Assembly (NCBI GenBank): GCA_963742735.1
Contig: CAVUMN010000002.1
Coordinates: forward strand, 1 to 64,000
DNA: 64,000 nucleotides
Direction of reading: 5' to 3'
From: an uncultured Actinomycetes bacterium
GTDB taxonomy: Bacteria; Actinomycetota; UBA4738; JBBDTT01
Shown: positions 31,557-40,746 of the stretch, one piece after another
Numbering within the stretch: the first letter of the stretch is position 1
How the letters are laid out: the number at the start of each line of letters is the position of its first letter
Notes under the pieces: model-generated
What the model saw: the letters and a program-made list of their open reading frames with translations, nothing else
The model's database searches: none
Told to the model about the DNA's origin: nothing
Made by a program: the position numbers and the translations under genes

Positions 31557-32719
31557 TGGCCTCTCGCTCGATGGACATCCCCACCCGCGGCGGGCCCGCA
31601 TTGGGGGGGATCGCCAAGACCCCGATCCGCCACCTGGACCCCACGCTGATCCTGACCGCCATCGCCCTGTCGGTGTTCGGGCTGTTCATCGTCTATTCCG
31701 CCAGCCACCAGAGCCTGACCCAGCAGGGGCTGGAGCCCGCGTTCCTGTTCAAGAAGCAGCTCACGTACATGTTCGTCGGCATCATCGGGCTGCTGCTGAC
31801 CGCGAGCTTCGACTACCGGCTGGTGAAGGTGTACGCCGGCATCGGGTTCGCCCTGATGACCGGGGCGCTGCTGCTGGTGCTCATGCCGCTGATCGGCCAG
31901 GAGATCTCGGGGGCCCAGCGGTGGATCGAGATCTTCGGCTTCCAGTTCCAGCCGTCGGAGCCCGCGAAGCTGGCGTTCATCGCGCTGATCGCGGCGTATC
32001 TCTCGGAGATCAAGGGCGCCCCCACCCTGCGCGAGGTCCTGCGCGCCGCGGCGATCACCACCATCCCCATGGGGCTGGCCTTCGTCCAGCCGGACGTGGG
32101 GACCTCGATGGTCTTCGCCGCGATCCTGGTCGGGATGCTACTGGTGACCGGGGCCCGGATCCGGCACCTGGCGATCCTCGGGCTGATCGCGGTGTCGGCC
32201 GTGTTCGTCGGCTTCAAGCTCGAGCTCGTCAAGGACTACCAGCTCGCCCGGCTGCAAGCGTTCCTGGACCCGAGCGCCGACCCGCTGCGGGCCGGCTACA
32301 ACAAGGCCCAGTCCGAGATCGCCATCGGCAACGGCGGGATGACCGGGCAGGGGTTCCTGCAGGGCTCGCAGACCAATCTGGACTTCGTCCCCGCCCAGCA
32401 GACCGACTTCATCTTCACCGTCGTCGGCGAGGAGTTCGGATTCGTGGGAGGGATCCTCCTGTTCCTGGCCTTCGCCCTGATCCTGTATCGGGGCTTCCGA
32501 ATAGCCATGCTCTCCAAGGACCCCTTCGGCACCCTCGTGGCCGCGGGGATCATCACCATGTTCGCGTTCATGACGTTCGTGAACGTCGGGATGACCATGG
32601 GGATCATGCCGGTCACCGGCATCCCCCTGCCGTTCCTCTCCTACGGCGGCACGGCGTTGATCACGAACTTCTTCGCGATCGGGCTGCTCTTGAACATCCA
32701 CATGCGCCGCTTCAAGTAG
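31556..32719 (+). CDS. rodA: SEDS protein RodA
   Basis: GAQRWI, QPSEPAK, QPDVGT, TDFIF, TGIPLPFLSYGG. Confidence 0.96.
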   Translation: MASRSMDIPTRGGPALGGIAKTPIRHLDPTLILTAIALSVFGLFIVYSASHQSLTQQGLEPAFLFKKQLTYMFVGIIGLLLTASFDYRLVKVYAGIGFALMTGALLLVLMPLIGQEISGAQRWIEIFGFQFQPSEPAKLAFIALIAAYLSEIKGAPTLREVLRAAAITTIPMGLAFVQPDVGTSMVFAAILVGMLLVTGARIRHLAILGLIAVSAVFVGFKLELVKDYQLARLQAFLDPSADPLRAGYNKAQSEIAIGNGGMTGQGFLQGSQTNLDFVPAQQTDFIFTVVGEEFGFVGGILLFLAFALILYRGFRIAMLSKDPFGTLVAAGIITMFAFMTFVNVGMTMGIMPVTGIPLPFLSYGGTALITNFFAIGLLLNIHMRRFK

Positions 32720-32852
32720 GTCATTGTCCGTCGGCGACCGCTGGAGCTGGCCTCCAGAACCTCTGAGCGTGTGGGTGCCGATGAGGACTCTCCGCATCGG
32801 TAGGATTCGATCAAGGCGCCGCGTCGGGCGGAAACATCATGAGCTCTGAGAG

Positions 32853-33437
32853 TCACCACTCGACAACAACCTGTGCACCACTTCCGTCAAAGGCTTGGCC
32901 GAGGCGGACTTCGCCCCACTGATACCACCACTTGCGCGTCATCGGCTGATTCTGGGCGTAATGCGGATCCCCCAACTCGTGAGTCAACAAAGCATCGGCC
33001 TGAGAGAAAGCGTCCGGGGGCGCGAAACAACTGGGCGAAAGGTCCAGGGCCCTTAGCAGCCGGATCTCCCCGATATTGAAAGTTGCTATTGGATGCTGAT
33101 CCCATCCCCACGGGGTGAGGGCGGCGGCGATCCAACGCCACCCCACTTGCCCAGTCCATTCCGTCGTCGCGGGTTCGAACTCGATGCCCGCTGACACCTC
33201 GAGCAGAGACATACCTCCACGCAGAGTGACCTCGACCGGCTGGCTCCCCTTCAGAAGCGGGAACGTGAACGGGCTGTCCGGATCGCCGCCACATGGCACA
33301 TAGGAGCCGCGGAGCTCGGGAGCATGCATCCGCTGTAGGTGGGTGCGCCATAGGCGCAAGCAAACCTCACCGGACTGGGGATCGATGAGCCGCTCCGGCG
33401 ACTCGAGAATTCCGTGCTCGCCGGCGTCCACGCGCAT
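32853..33437 (-). CDS. Hypothetical protein (lower-GC patch)
   Basis: 194-aa ORF with plausible composition; no motif recognised. Confidence 0.5.
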   Translation of the reverse strand: MRVDAGEHGILESPERLIDPQSGEVCLRLWRTHLQRMHAPELRGSYVPCGGDPDSPFTFPLLKGSQPVEVTLRGGMSLLEVSAGIEFEPATTEWTGQVGWRWIAAALTPWGWDQHPIATFNIGEIRLLRALDLSPSCFAPPDAFSQADALLTHELGDPHYAQNQPMTRKWWYQWGEVRLGQAFDGSGAQVVVEW

Positions 33438-33519
33438 GCCCTATCACATCACGCCAGCCCGGAGTCAGGGAGCGTCCGAAGGGTCGCTCGCGTCCGGCCG
33501 GCCGGACCGCGAAAATGAG

Positions 33520-34407
33520 CTACTGATGCTCGACGTGGATCTCGCGGAGCTCCCCACCTACTTCGATTCGGTCGGTGATGGCTAGCTCGGTCGGATCGAT
33601 GCGGAGGACCTGTCCTCGCCGGGCTGCGCATGCCCAAATCGCTCCGTATCCCGCGACCAGGCTGTAATAGTCGTCGAGAGCCAGGCTCTTCACGACATCT
33701 CCGCTCGACGGTTCGATTCGGAGAAGGTTGTGAGTACGGGGCGGGGCCGTGGTTCCCTCTTTCGGTCGAGGGAATGTAGCCACGATAGGCTCACCGTCAA
33801 CGACGGTTAAGGCACTGGGAAGAACCGCTCGGGGAAGAAGAACCGTCTGGACGACACGACTCGCGCCGGGGTCGATTCTTGATACGGCGCAGTCCCGTCC
33901 AAGGTCATGAGGAATCCACACTCCTTGGTCATCGGGCACGACCCATCCCATGTTTTCGAACTCGCCGATCTCTATCGTGTCCTTAGTTTCAGGATCGAAT
34001 TGCAGGAGTGCGCTCGTATCGAAACCCCGGTGCTGGTCTATCCAGAGAACCCCGTGGCTGGCGGCTTTCGGCATTCCCTCGTAGTTCAGTCGGGAGGCGA
34101 TGTTCGTCGCGGGGTCGATTTTCGCCAAACCTCCCCCGAATACTTGCAGCGTTACCCATACGCCCCCGAGCCCCGCGACGACAAAGACCGGTCGCTCCAC
34201 GACGTCGACGACTCGCTCCACCCGCAAGGTTTCCGGGTGGAGGCGCGTCACGGAGGCGCCCTCGTAGCTGGCCACCCAGATCGCCTGCTCACCGATTGCC
34301 ATCGAGGCGCCACGGCCGCGCCCAGTCTCTGCTTGGGCGACGATCGCCACCGTAGCCGGGTCAACGACGAAGACGGTGCCGTTGTGATCCAACACCCAAA
34401 CTGCCAT
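33520..34407 (-). CDS. Beta-propeller protein (YncE/Vgb-like repeats)
   Basis: AAGGAG RBS; repeated G-x-I/V-W-V blades and RIDP turns. Confidence 0.7.
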   Translation of the reverse strand: MAVWVLDHNGTVFVVDPATVAIVAQAETGRGRGASMAIGEQAIWVASYEGASVTRLHPETLRVERVVDVVERPVFVVAGLGGVWVTLQVFGGGLAKIDPATNIASRLNYEGMPKAASHGVLWIDQHRGFDTSALLQFDPETKDTIEIGEFENMGWVVPDDQGVWIPHDLGRDCAVSRIDPGASRVVQTVLLPRAVLPSALTVVDGEPIVATFPRPKEGTTAPPRTHNLLRIEPSSGDVVKSLALDDYYSLVAGYGAIWACAARRGQVLRIDPTELAITDRIEVGGELREIHVEHQ

Positions 34408-34651
34408 GCGACCGCCCCTCCTTACACCACGGTCGTCATGTCGCGCGGCTTCGTCGACCGCTCGGACTCGTGACGTGCCGAACAGGGTATGCGGCCGCGC
34501 GCGTTGCGGGCGGAATCATTGGAGATACGGCATATCCTGAGGTCTGACGGTGCTGGTGGTCACCACTCCGCCTGCTTCGCGTGATTCGCCGCCGGGGCAA
34601 CGCCCCTGGCTTCCAACGCGATGAGACCGACCAGGCCCCGGCGGAACTAAC

Positions 34652-35761
34652 ATGAGCGGGATGGCGGATGCGAGGGAGCTTCCGGAGATGCCGGCCCTGA
34701 TGATCGCGGGGCCGGGGGAGTTGCACGAGGACGATCTGCGTGTCCTCGGACGCCAGGTCATCGCCCACTACGGGGACGTCTGGACGGAGCTCCACCAGCG
34801 GACGATCGCCGACCTCGGGACGTTGCTCGGCGCCGCTGATCCGCCCTATCTGATGCCGGGGACGGGGTCGATGGCGCTGGACGCCACCGTGCTGAACCTG
34901 TTCGAGGCGGGGCAGCGGGTGGTGGTTCCCCAGACGGGGTTCTTCGGGACACGGCTCTCGGAGGTGGCCCGCGCCCAGGGCCTGGAGGTCGTGGAGGTCC
35001 CGGTCTCCACCGGCGCCCCGGTGGAGGTCGCCAGAGTGGCCGAGGCGCTGCCGGGGACCGACGGCCTGCTGTGCGTCCACGTCGAGACCGCCACGGGGGT
35101 CCGCCACCCCATCGAGGAGCTGGCGGCCGCGGCCGGCGCCGCCGACGTCCCGTTCGTCGTCGACGGGATCGCCTCCGCGGGCGGCGAGCTCCTGCACGTG
35201 GACCGGATGGGCATCACCGCGCTGGCCACCAGCACCCAGAAGGGCCTGGAGGCGCCGCCCGGCCTGGGGATCGTCGCCCTCGGTCCTCGGGGCCGCGCGC
35301 GGATGGAGTCCCGCTCGCGCCCGCCCTCGACCTGGTACCTGGACCTGGCCCGGTGGGACTGGTACCGCCGGGAGTGGGGGAGCTGGCACCCCCACCCGGT
35401 GACCATGCCGACCAACCTCATCGTGGCGCTCGCCTCGAGCCTCCGCCGCCTGCTCCAGACCGGCCTGGAGGAGATCGTCGCCCGCCGGGCCGACCTGGCC
35501 AAGCGGTGCCGGGAGGGCCTCCGGGGCCTCGGCCTGGACCCGGTCCCGAACGCGGGCGTCGAGGCGAACCTGATCGTGGCCGCGTGGGCACCGGACCCCG
35601 AGGCCATCCAGGCCCACCTGCTGGAGCGCGGGATCATGATCTCCGGCGGCCTGGAGCCCACCAAGGGCAAGGCCATCCGGGTGGGCCTGATGGGCCGCAC
35701 GGCCACCGAGGAGATGGTCGAGCGCCTGGTGGGCGAGATCGGGCGGTTCCTGGGCCGCTGA
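34652..35761 (+). CDS. Class V PLP aminotransferase (alanine/serine-glyoxylate type)
   Basis: LMIAGP, HVETATGV, VDGIAS, STQKGLEAPPGL, IRVGLMG. Confidence 0.92.
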   Translation: MSGMADARELPEMPALMIAGPGELHEDDLRVLGRQVIAHYGDVWTELHQRTIADLGTLLGAADPPYLMPGTGSMALDATVLNLFEAGQRVVVPQTGFFGTRLSEVARAQGLEVVEVPVSTGAPVEVARVAEALPGTDGLLCVHVETATGVRHPIEELAAAAGAADVPFVVDGIASAGGELLHVDRMGITALATSTQKGLEAPPGLGIVALGPRGRARMESRSRPPSTWYLDLARWDWYRREWGSWHPHPVTMPTNLIVALASSLRRLLQTGLEEIVARRADLAKRCREGLRGLGLDPVPNAGVEANLIVAAWAPDPEAIQAHLLERGIMISGGLEPTKGKAIRVGLMGRTATEEMVERLVGEIGRFLGR

Positions 35762-36131
35762 GGGCCTTCCCGGCACTCGGGCCCTGCGCTTGATAAACTG
35801 TGTGACAGAAGTCCCTCCCCGGAAGGTCGTCCGGAAGCTCAATTGCCCGTAGACGATCCCGCAGGGTCAATCCTGCAACGGTGGAGGGGAAGGCGCCGAA
35901 TGCGCGCCTGAACGATTGAGGAGTGCCCCGCCCGGGCGGCTCACGCCGCCGGAGGGGAGGCCGCGAGGCCGGCCCGGAAGCTCGGACCGACGCGGCACCC
36001 CATCCAAGGGCGGAGGAAGAGGTGTAGATCGATGAACCGGCCTCCCTCGAGGTCCGCCCACGCACACTTCCTTGCCCTCCTCTCCGGCTCGTCCGCGACC
36101 GCGGCCGGGTCACGAACCCCGAGAGGAACCC

Positions 36132-38258
36132 ATGACGAACGAGCCCGTGGACGCGGTCTCCGCGTCCCCTAGCGAGTCCGGAACCACCAGCAGCACCGAA
36201 ACGAACGCCGGCAACGGCCCGGCGCCCGAATCCAGGCCCACCCGCGAGGACGGCACCCCCGCACCCGCCCGTCGGCGCCGCTCCCGCGGCGGACGCGGCC
36301 GGGGCCGTGGAGGCGGCGGAGGCGGAGCGGGCGGCGGCGCCCGCCCGGCCACAACCGCCCGCGACGCCGACACCGAGGGCGGGTCCGAGGACACCGGCTC
36401 CGAGACCGGGTCCGCGAAGGCAACGGGGGCCGCCCCCGCCAAGCGCACCATCGAGCCGCGCGAGCCGCGGGAACCCCGCGCCCCCAGGCCGCCCCGGCCC
36501 CGCCAGCCGCGCACCCCGGCGAAGACCCCCTTCGACGACGGCGGCGACGGCGTCACGAGCCGGTCCGAGCCCTCCGACGACGGCGACGCCGGGAGCGAGC
36601 TCGAGGCGTCGCCCGCCTCGAGCGCCGGAACCACCACCTCCGCCGCCCGCCGTCGCAGGCGTCGTGGCGGACGGGGTCGTCGCCGGCCCTCCACCGGCGC
36701 CCAGCTCCAGCCCGAGAGCGCGGAGGCCGCCGCCGAGGCCGGCCTGGCCGGCGCCTCGATCGAGTCGGCCCAGCGCGACGACGCCCTGCCGGACGAGTCG
36801 CCCGACGCCCCGGCTCCCGCCCGCCCGAAGCGGGCCCCCGCGCGACGGGGCCGCAGCTCCCGCGGCACCACGAAGCCCGCCGGCGCCGAGGACGACGACG
36901 GCGACGGCGAGAGCCGTCCGATCTCCACCCGCCGGAGCAAGGCCGAGCCGACCCGCGTGCGCGGCCGCACCACCCGCCGCCGCCGCGACGTTCCGCGCCC
37001 GGTTCGCCGGCGGACCGACAAGCGGATGGTGATCACCGAGAACGACGACCGCGATCAGATCGCCGTGCTCGAGGGCCGCGAGCTCGTCGAGCACTACATC
37101 ACCCGCGCCGGCGCCCGGTCGATGGTCGGCAACATCTACATGGGCCGTGTCCAGAACGTCCTGCCCGGCATGGAGGCTGCGTTCATCGACATCGGCCGCG
37201 GCCGCAACGGCGTGCTGTACGCCGGCGAGGTGAACTACGACGAGGAGGTCGAGGGCGGAGGGAAGGCCTCCCGCATCGAGGACGCCCTGAAGACCGGCCA
37301 GAAGGTCCTGGTCCAGGTGACCAAGGACCCGCTTGGGGGCAAGGGCGCCCGCCTCACGGCGCAGGTCAGCCTGCCCGGACGGTTCCTGGTATTCGTCCCC
37401 AACCAGCAGGTGTTCGGCATCAGCCGGCGCCTGCCCGACGACGAGCGCGCGCGGCTGCGCGACATCCTCAAGCCGATCCGCCCGGAGGGCAGCGGCGTCA
37501 TCGCCCGGACCGCGGCCGAGGGCGCCTCGGCCGAGGACCTCGAGGCCGACCTCAAGCGCCTGGAGCGCGAGTGGGAGGAGATCTCCAAGCGGGCCAAGAA
37601 GGCCAAGCCCGCGACCGTGGTCTACGAGGAGCCCGAGCTCACCGTGCGCGTCGTCCGCGACGTGTTCACCGAGGGCGAGTTCGAGGAGGTCGTCACCGAC
37701 GCGCCGGCCGTGTACGAGAAGGTCACGGCCTACCTTCGCGACGTGGCCCCCGAGCTGCTCGAGAAGGTCCGCCTGCACGAGGGTCCGCTGCCGGTCATGG
37801 AGGAGTTCCACGTGGCCGAGCAGATCCGCAAGGCCCTCGAGCGCAAGGTGTGGCTCGAGTCCGGCGGCTACATCATCATCGACCGCACCGAGGCCATGAC
37901 CGTCATCGACGTCAACACCGGAAAGCACGTGGGCAAGTCGAACCTCGAGGAGACCGTCACCCAGACGAACATCGAGGCGGCCGAGGAGATCGCGCGGCAG
38001 CTTCGCCTGCGCGACATCGGCGGGATGATCATCATCGACTTCATCGACATGCTGCTCGAGCGCAACCGCGGGAAGGTGCTGCGGGCGATCAAGTCGGCGC
38101 TCGCCAAGGATCGGACCCGGTCGCAGGTGTTCGACATCTCGCCGCTCGGGCTGCTCGAGGTCACGCGGAAGAAGGTCTCCGCGGGCCTGGTGGAGTCGTT
38201 CAGCGAGACCTGCCCGACCTGCGAGGGCCGTGGCATCCTGCTCACCCACAACATCTGA
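36132..38258 (+). CDS. rne: Ribonuclease E/G with long disordered N-terminus
   Basis: GNIYMGRVQNVLPGMEAAFIDIG, VIDVNTG, LRDIGGMIIIDFIDM, CPTCEGRG; RRRRRRGGRG tracts. Confidence 0.96.
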   Translation: MTNEPVDAVSASPSESGTTSSTETNAGNGPAPESRPTREDGTPAPARRRRSRGGRGRGRGGGGGGAGGGARPATTARDADTEGGSEDTGSETGSAKATGAAPAKRTIEPREPREPRAPRPPRPRQPRTPAKTPFDDGGDGVTSRSEPSDDGDAGSELEASPASSAGTTTSAARRRRRRGGRGRRRPSTGAQLQPESAEAAAEAGLAGASIESAQRDDALPDESPDAPAPARPKRAPARRGRSSRGTTKPAGAEDDDGDGESRPISTRRSKAEPTRVRGRTTRRRRDVPRPVRRRTDKRMVITENDDRDQIAVLEGRELVEHYITRAGARSMVGNIYMGRVQNVLPGMEAAFIDIGRGRNGVLYAGEVNYDEEVEGGGKASRIEDALKTGQKVLVQVTKDPLGGKGARLTAQVSLPGRFLVFVPNQQVFGISRRLPDDERARLRDILKPIRPEGSGVIARTAAEGASAEDLEADLKRLEREWEEISKRAKKAKPATVVYEEPELTVRVVRDVFTEGEFEEVVTDAPAVYEKVTAYLRDVAPELLEKVRLHEGPLPVMEEFHVAEQIRKALERKVWLESGGYIIIDRTEAMTVIDVNTGKHVGKSNLEETVTQTNIEAAEEIARQLRLRDIGGMIIIDFIDMLLERNRGKVLRAIKSALAKDRTRSQVFDISPLGLLEVTRKKVSAGLVESFSETCPTCEGRGILLTHNI

Positions 38259-38281
38259 CGACATCGAAGGGACGTGACGGC

Positions 38282-38704
38282 ATGTACGCGGTGATCAAGA
38301 TCGGCGGAAAGCAGCAGCGGGTCAGCCCCGGGGACGTCATCGAGGCGGAGCGCGTCGGCGAGGAGACCGGCGCGTCGGTCACCTTCACCCCGCTGCTCGT
38401 CGTCGACGACGACGGCGTCACGCACCTGGGCAAGGATCTGGAGAAGGCCAGCGTCACCGCGAAGCTCGTCTCGGAGAAGAAGGGCGACAAGGTCCGCGTG
38501 GTCAAGTTCAAGAACAAGACCCGCTACACCCGCCACAAGGGGCACCGCCAGCTGCTCTCGCTGCTCGAGGTGGGCGAGATCAAGCTCCCGGGCGGCTCGT
38601 CGAAGAAGGTGGCCCCGAAGGCGGAGGCCGCGCCGAAGGAGGAGCCGCCGGAGACGCCCGAGACCGCGGGCGAGGTCGACGTCGAGTCCGAGGGCGGGGA
38701 GTAG
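38282..38704 (+). CDS. rplU: 50S ribosomal protein L21 with acidic C-terminal extension
   Basis: MYAVIKIGGKQQRV...KGHRQ. Confidence 0.97.
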   Translation: MYAVIKIGGKQQRVSPGDVIEAERVGEETGASVTFTPLLVVDDDGVTHLGKDLEKASVTAKLVSEKKGDKVRVVKFKNKTRYTRHKGHRQLLSLLEVGEIKLPGGSSKKVAPKAEAAPKEEPPETPETAGEVDVESEGGE

Positions 38705-38749
38705 GGGGCTCGGGGCGTCCCGGGTTCCCTTTGGTATCGTCTAGCGCCT

Positions 38750-39082
38750 ATGGCACACAAGAAGGGCGGCGGCTCCTCGCGCAACGGCAGGGACAGCAAC
38801 GCGAAGCGTCTCGGCGTGAAGCGGTTCGGCGGTGAAGACGTGACCGCCGGATCCATCCTCGTGCGCCAGCGCGGCTCGCGGATCCACCCCGGCGTGAACG
38901 TGGGCAAGGGCAGCGACGACACGCTGTACGCCCGCGCCACCGGCACCGTGCGGTACCACGAGCGCGCCGGCCGCAAGTACGCCTCGATCGACGTGAACGG
39001 GGCGGCGACTCCGGCCCCGGCTTCGGCCTCGGCTGCGGTCGAGCCCGCGGCCTCCGCCTCCGCCTCGGCCTCGGCCGAGTAG
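38750..39082 (+). CDS. rpmA: 50S ribosomal protein L27 with Ala/Ser tail
   Basis: [16 protein letters not shown]. Confidence 0.98.
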   Translation: MAHKKGGGSSRNGRDSNAKRLGVKRFGGEDVTAGSILVRQRGSRIHPGVNVGKGSDDTLYARATGTVRYHERAGRKYASIDVNGAATPAPASASAAVEPAASASASASAE

Positions 39083-39127
39083 CCACTTCGGCCCCCCATC
39101 AGGGATTCGATCCGTTCCTCGAATGTC

Positions 39128-39156
39128 TTGACAATCGAACATACGTTCGATATACT
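39128..39156 (+). promoter_or_regulatory. SigA promoter with a LexA (SOS) box filling the spacer
   Basis: TTGACA(39128)-17 nt-TATACT(39151). The spacer contains TCGAAC-ATAC-GTTCGA (39135-39150), the actinobacterial LexA consensus. Confidence 0.92.
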
Positions 39157-39161
39157 TGTGG

Positions 39162-40304
39162 GTGATCCTCCCCCCTGGATCAGGAAGTTCGTGGATGGCC
39201 CGCGCCGCATCGTCCGTTGAGGAGCTCGACGTCGCGCACGGGCGCGTCTGCTCGGCGGAGCGTCACCTGTTCGAGCTGATCGCCCGCGCGGATCGCGACG
39301 AGGTCTGGCGCGGGAGCGGCGCTCGCGACTACCCGCACTGGCTGTCCATGCGGTACGGCATCTCCCAGTGGAAGGCCCATCGGTGGATCGCGGCCGCCCA
39401 CGCGCTGGAGTCCTTGCCCCGTATGGGTGACGCGTTCGCGCGCGGCGAGCTCGGAGTGGACAAGGTCGTCGAGCTGTGTCGCTTCGCCGGTCCCGAGAAT
39501 GAACGCGACCTGATCGCGTGGGCTCAGGGCGTTTCGACGGCCCGCGTCCGCCGGGTGGCCGACCTGGAGGTGCGGCGCTCCGCCGAGGAGGCTGTCGACG
39601 TCGAGCGATCGCGGTCGCTCAGCTACTGGTACCAGGACGAGGGCCGGCGGCTCGGGATGCAGGTGGAGCTCCCGGCGGCCGAGGGCGCGCTGGTGGTCTC
39701 GGCCCTCGAACGGGTGGCCGCGCGGTTACCGGTCATGCCCGGCGAGGAGGACGAGCCCTACGCCGACGCCCGCCGGGCCGACGCCCTGGTGGCGCTGTGC
39801 TCGGCCAGGATCGCCTCGGACGATCCCGACCACGCGTCGGTGGTCATCCACGTCCCGAATGACGCCGACGCCAACGGGGAGATCGAGAACGGCGGAGTGG
39901 TTCCGCCCGCGACCGTGCGCCGGCTGGCGTGCAACGCCCGGGTCCAGATGGTGTTCGAGGATGCGGCGGGCAACCCCATCCGGCTGGGACGGATGACTCG
40001 CGAACCGTCGGCGTGGATGCTGCGGCAGCTGCGCCATCGCGACGCGGAGTGCCGGTTCCCCGGATGCGGATCGCGGCGGTTCACGCAGGCCCATCACGTC
40101 GTGTGGTGGGGTTCGGGAGGCACCACCGACCTGGACAACCTGGTGCTGATCTGCTCGTTCCACCACCGGCTCGTCCACGAGCTCGGGTGGTCGATCAGCC
40201 GCACCCCGGACGGGACCGTCAGGTGGTTCACGCCCGGGGGAAGCAGGTATCGATCCGGGCCGTCGCCGCCGCGCGCGGCTCCCTTGCTCGCCCGCTCCGC
40301 CTGA
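39162..40304 (+). CDS. DUF222 / HNH endonuclease (13E12-repeat-like family)
   Basis: RRADAL, RRLAC, CRFPGC...AHHVVWW..GGTTDLDNLVLICSFHHRLVH. Start is either leaderless GTG 39162 or ATG 39195. Confidence 0.92.
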   Translation: MILPPGSGSSWMARAASSVEELDVAHGRVCSAERHLFELIARADRDEVWRGSGARDYPHWLSMRYGISQWKAHRWIAAAHALESLPRMGDAFARGELGVDKVVELCRFAGPENERDLIAWAQGVSTARVRRVADLEVRRSAEEAVDVERSRSLSYWYQDEGRRLGMQVELPAAEGALVVSALERVAARLPVMPGEEDEPYADARRADALVALCSARIASDDPDHASVVIHVPNDADANGEIENGGVVPPATVRRLACNARVQMVFEDAAGNPIRLGRMTREPSAWMLRQLRHRDAECRFPGCGSRRFTQAHHVVWWGSGGTTDLDNLVLICSFHHRLVHELGWSISRTPDGTVRWFTPGGSRYRSGPSPPRAAPLLARSA

Positions 40305-40309
40305 CGCTG

Positions 40310-40702
40310 CTAGCGGCGTTCGGCGATCCCGGCGACCCAGGCGTCCAGGACGTCCTTCAGGTCCTTGTTGCGCTCCTCGAGGAAGCCGAAGGCGATGCGG
40401 CGCTGCTTGCGCTCCTCGCGGGAGATGGGGGTGCCGCGCCACTCGCCGAGCTCCGGGGGTGAGGCGAAGAAGATGAACGCGATGCGGCGCTCGCCGTCGC
40501 GGCGGTACTTGATCTCGAGGATGGGGCTGGCCCGCAGGCGGCGGGCCCGGCGGATGTCGGCGAACGGGATGGCGACGTCGCGGCCGTTGGCACCGGCGAA
40601 CTCCAGGCCGTCGGCGGACAGTGTGAGCTCGCCCTCGCGGGGGATGCCCTCGATCCCGGGTCGAAACAACCAGGTGGTCTTCGGCGTGACCATCGCCACC
40701 AT
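40310..40702 (-). CDS. Hypothetical protein (PH-like fold possible)
   Basis: 130-aa ORF, GELTLSADGLEF...IPFADI pattern. Confidence 0.55.
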   Translation of the reverse strand: MVAMVTPKTTWLFRPGIEGIPREGELTLSADGLEFAGANGRDVAIPFADIRRARRLRASPILEIKYRRDGERRIAFIFFASPPELGEWRGTPISREERKQRRIAFGFLEERNKDLKDVLDAWVAGIAERR

Positions 40703-40746
40703 GATGCCGCGCCGGACGCGAACCGGCGCCCACCTACAATCGATCG

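Noticed and set aside
36290-36700. Arg/Gly and EPR repeats in the rne N-terminus as a separate element
   Set aside because: Ordinary disordered extension of actinobacterial RNase E.
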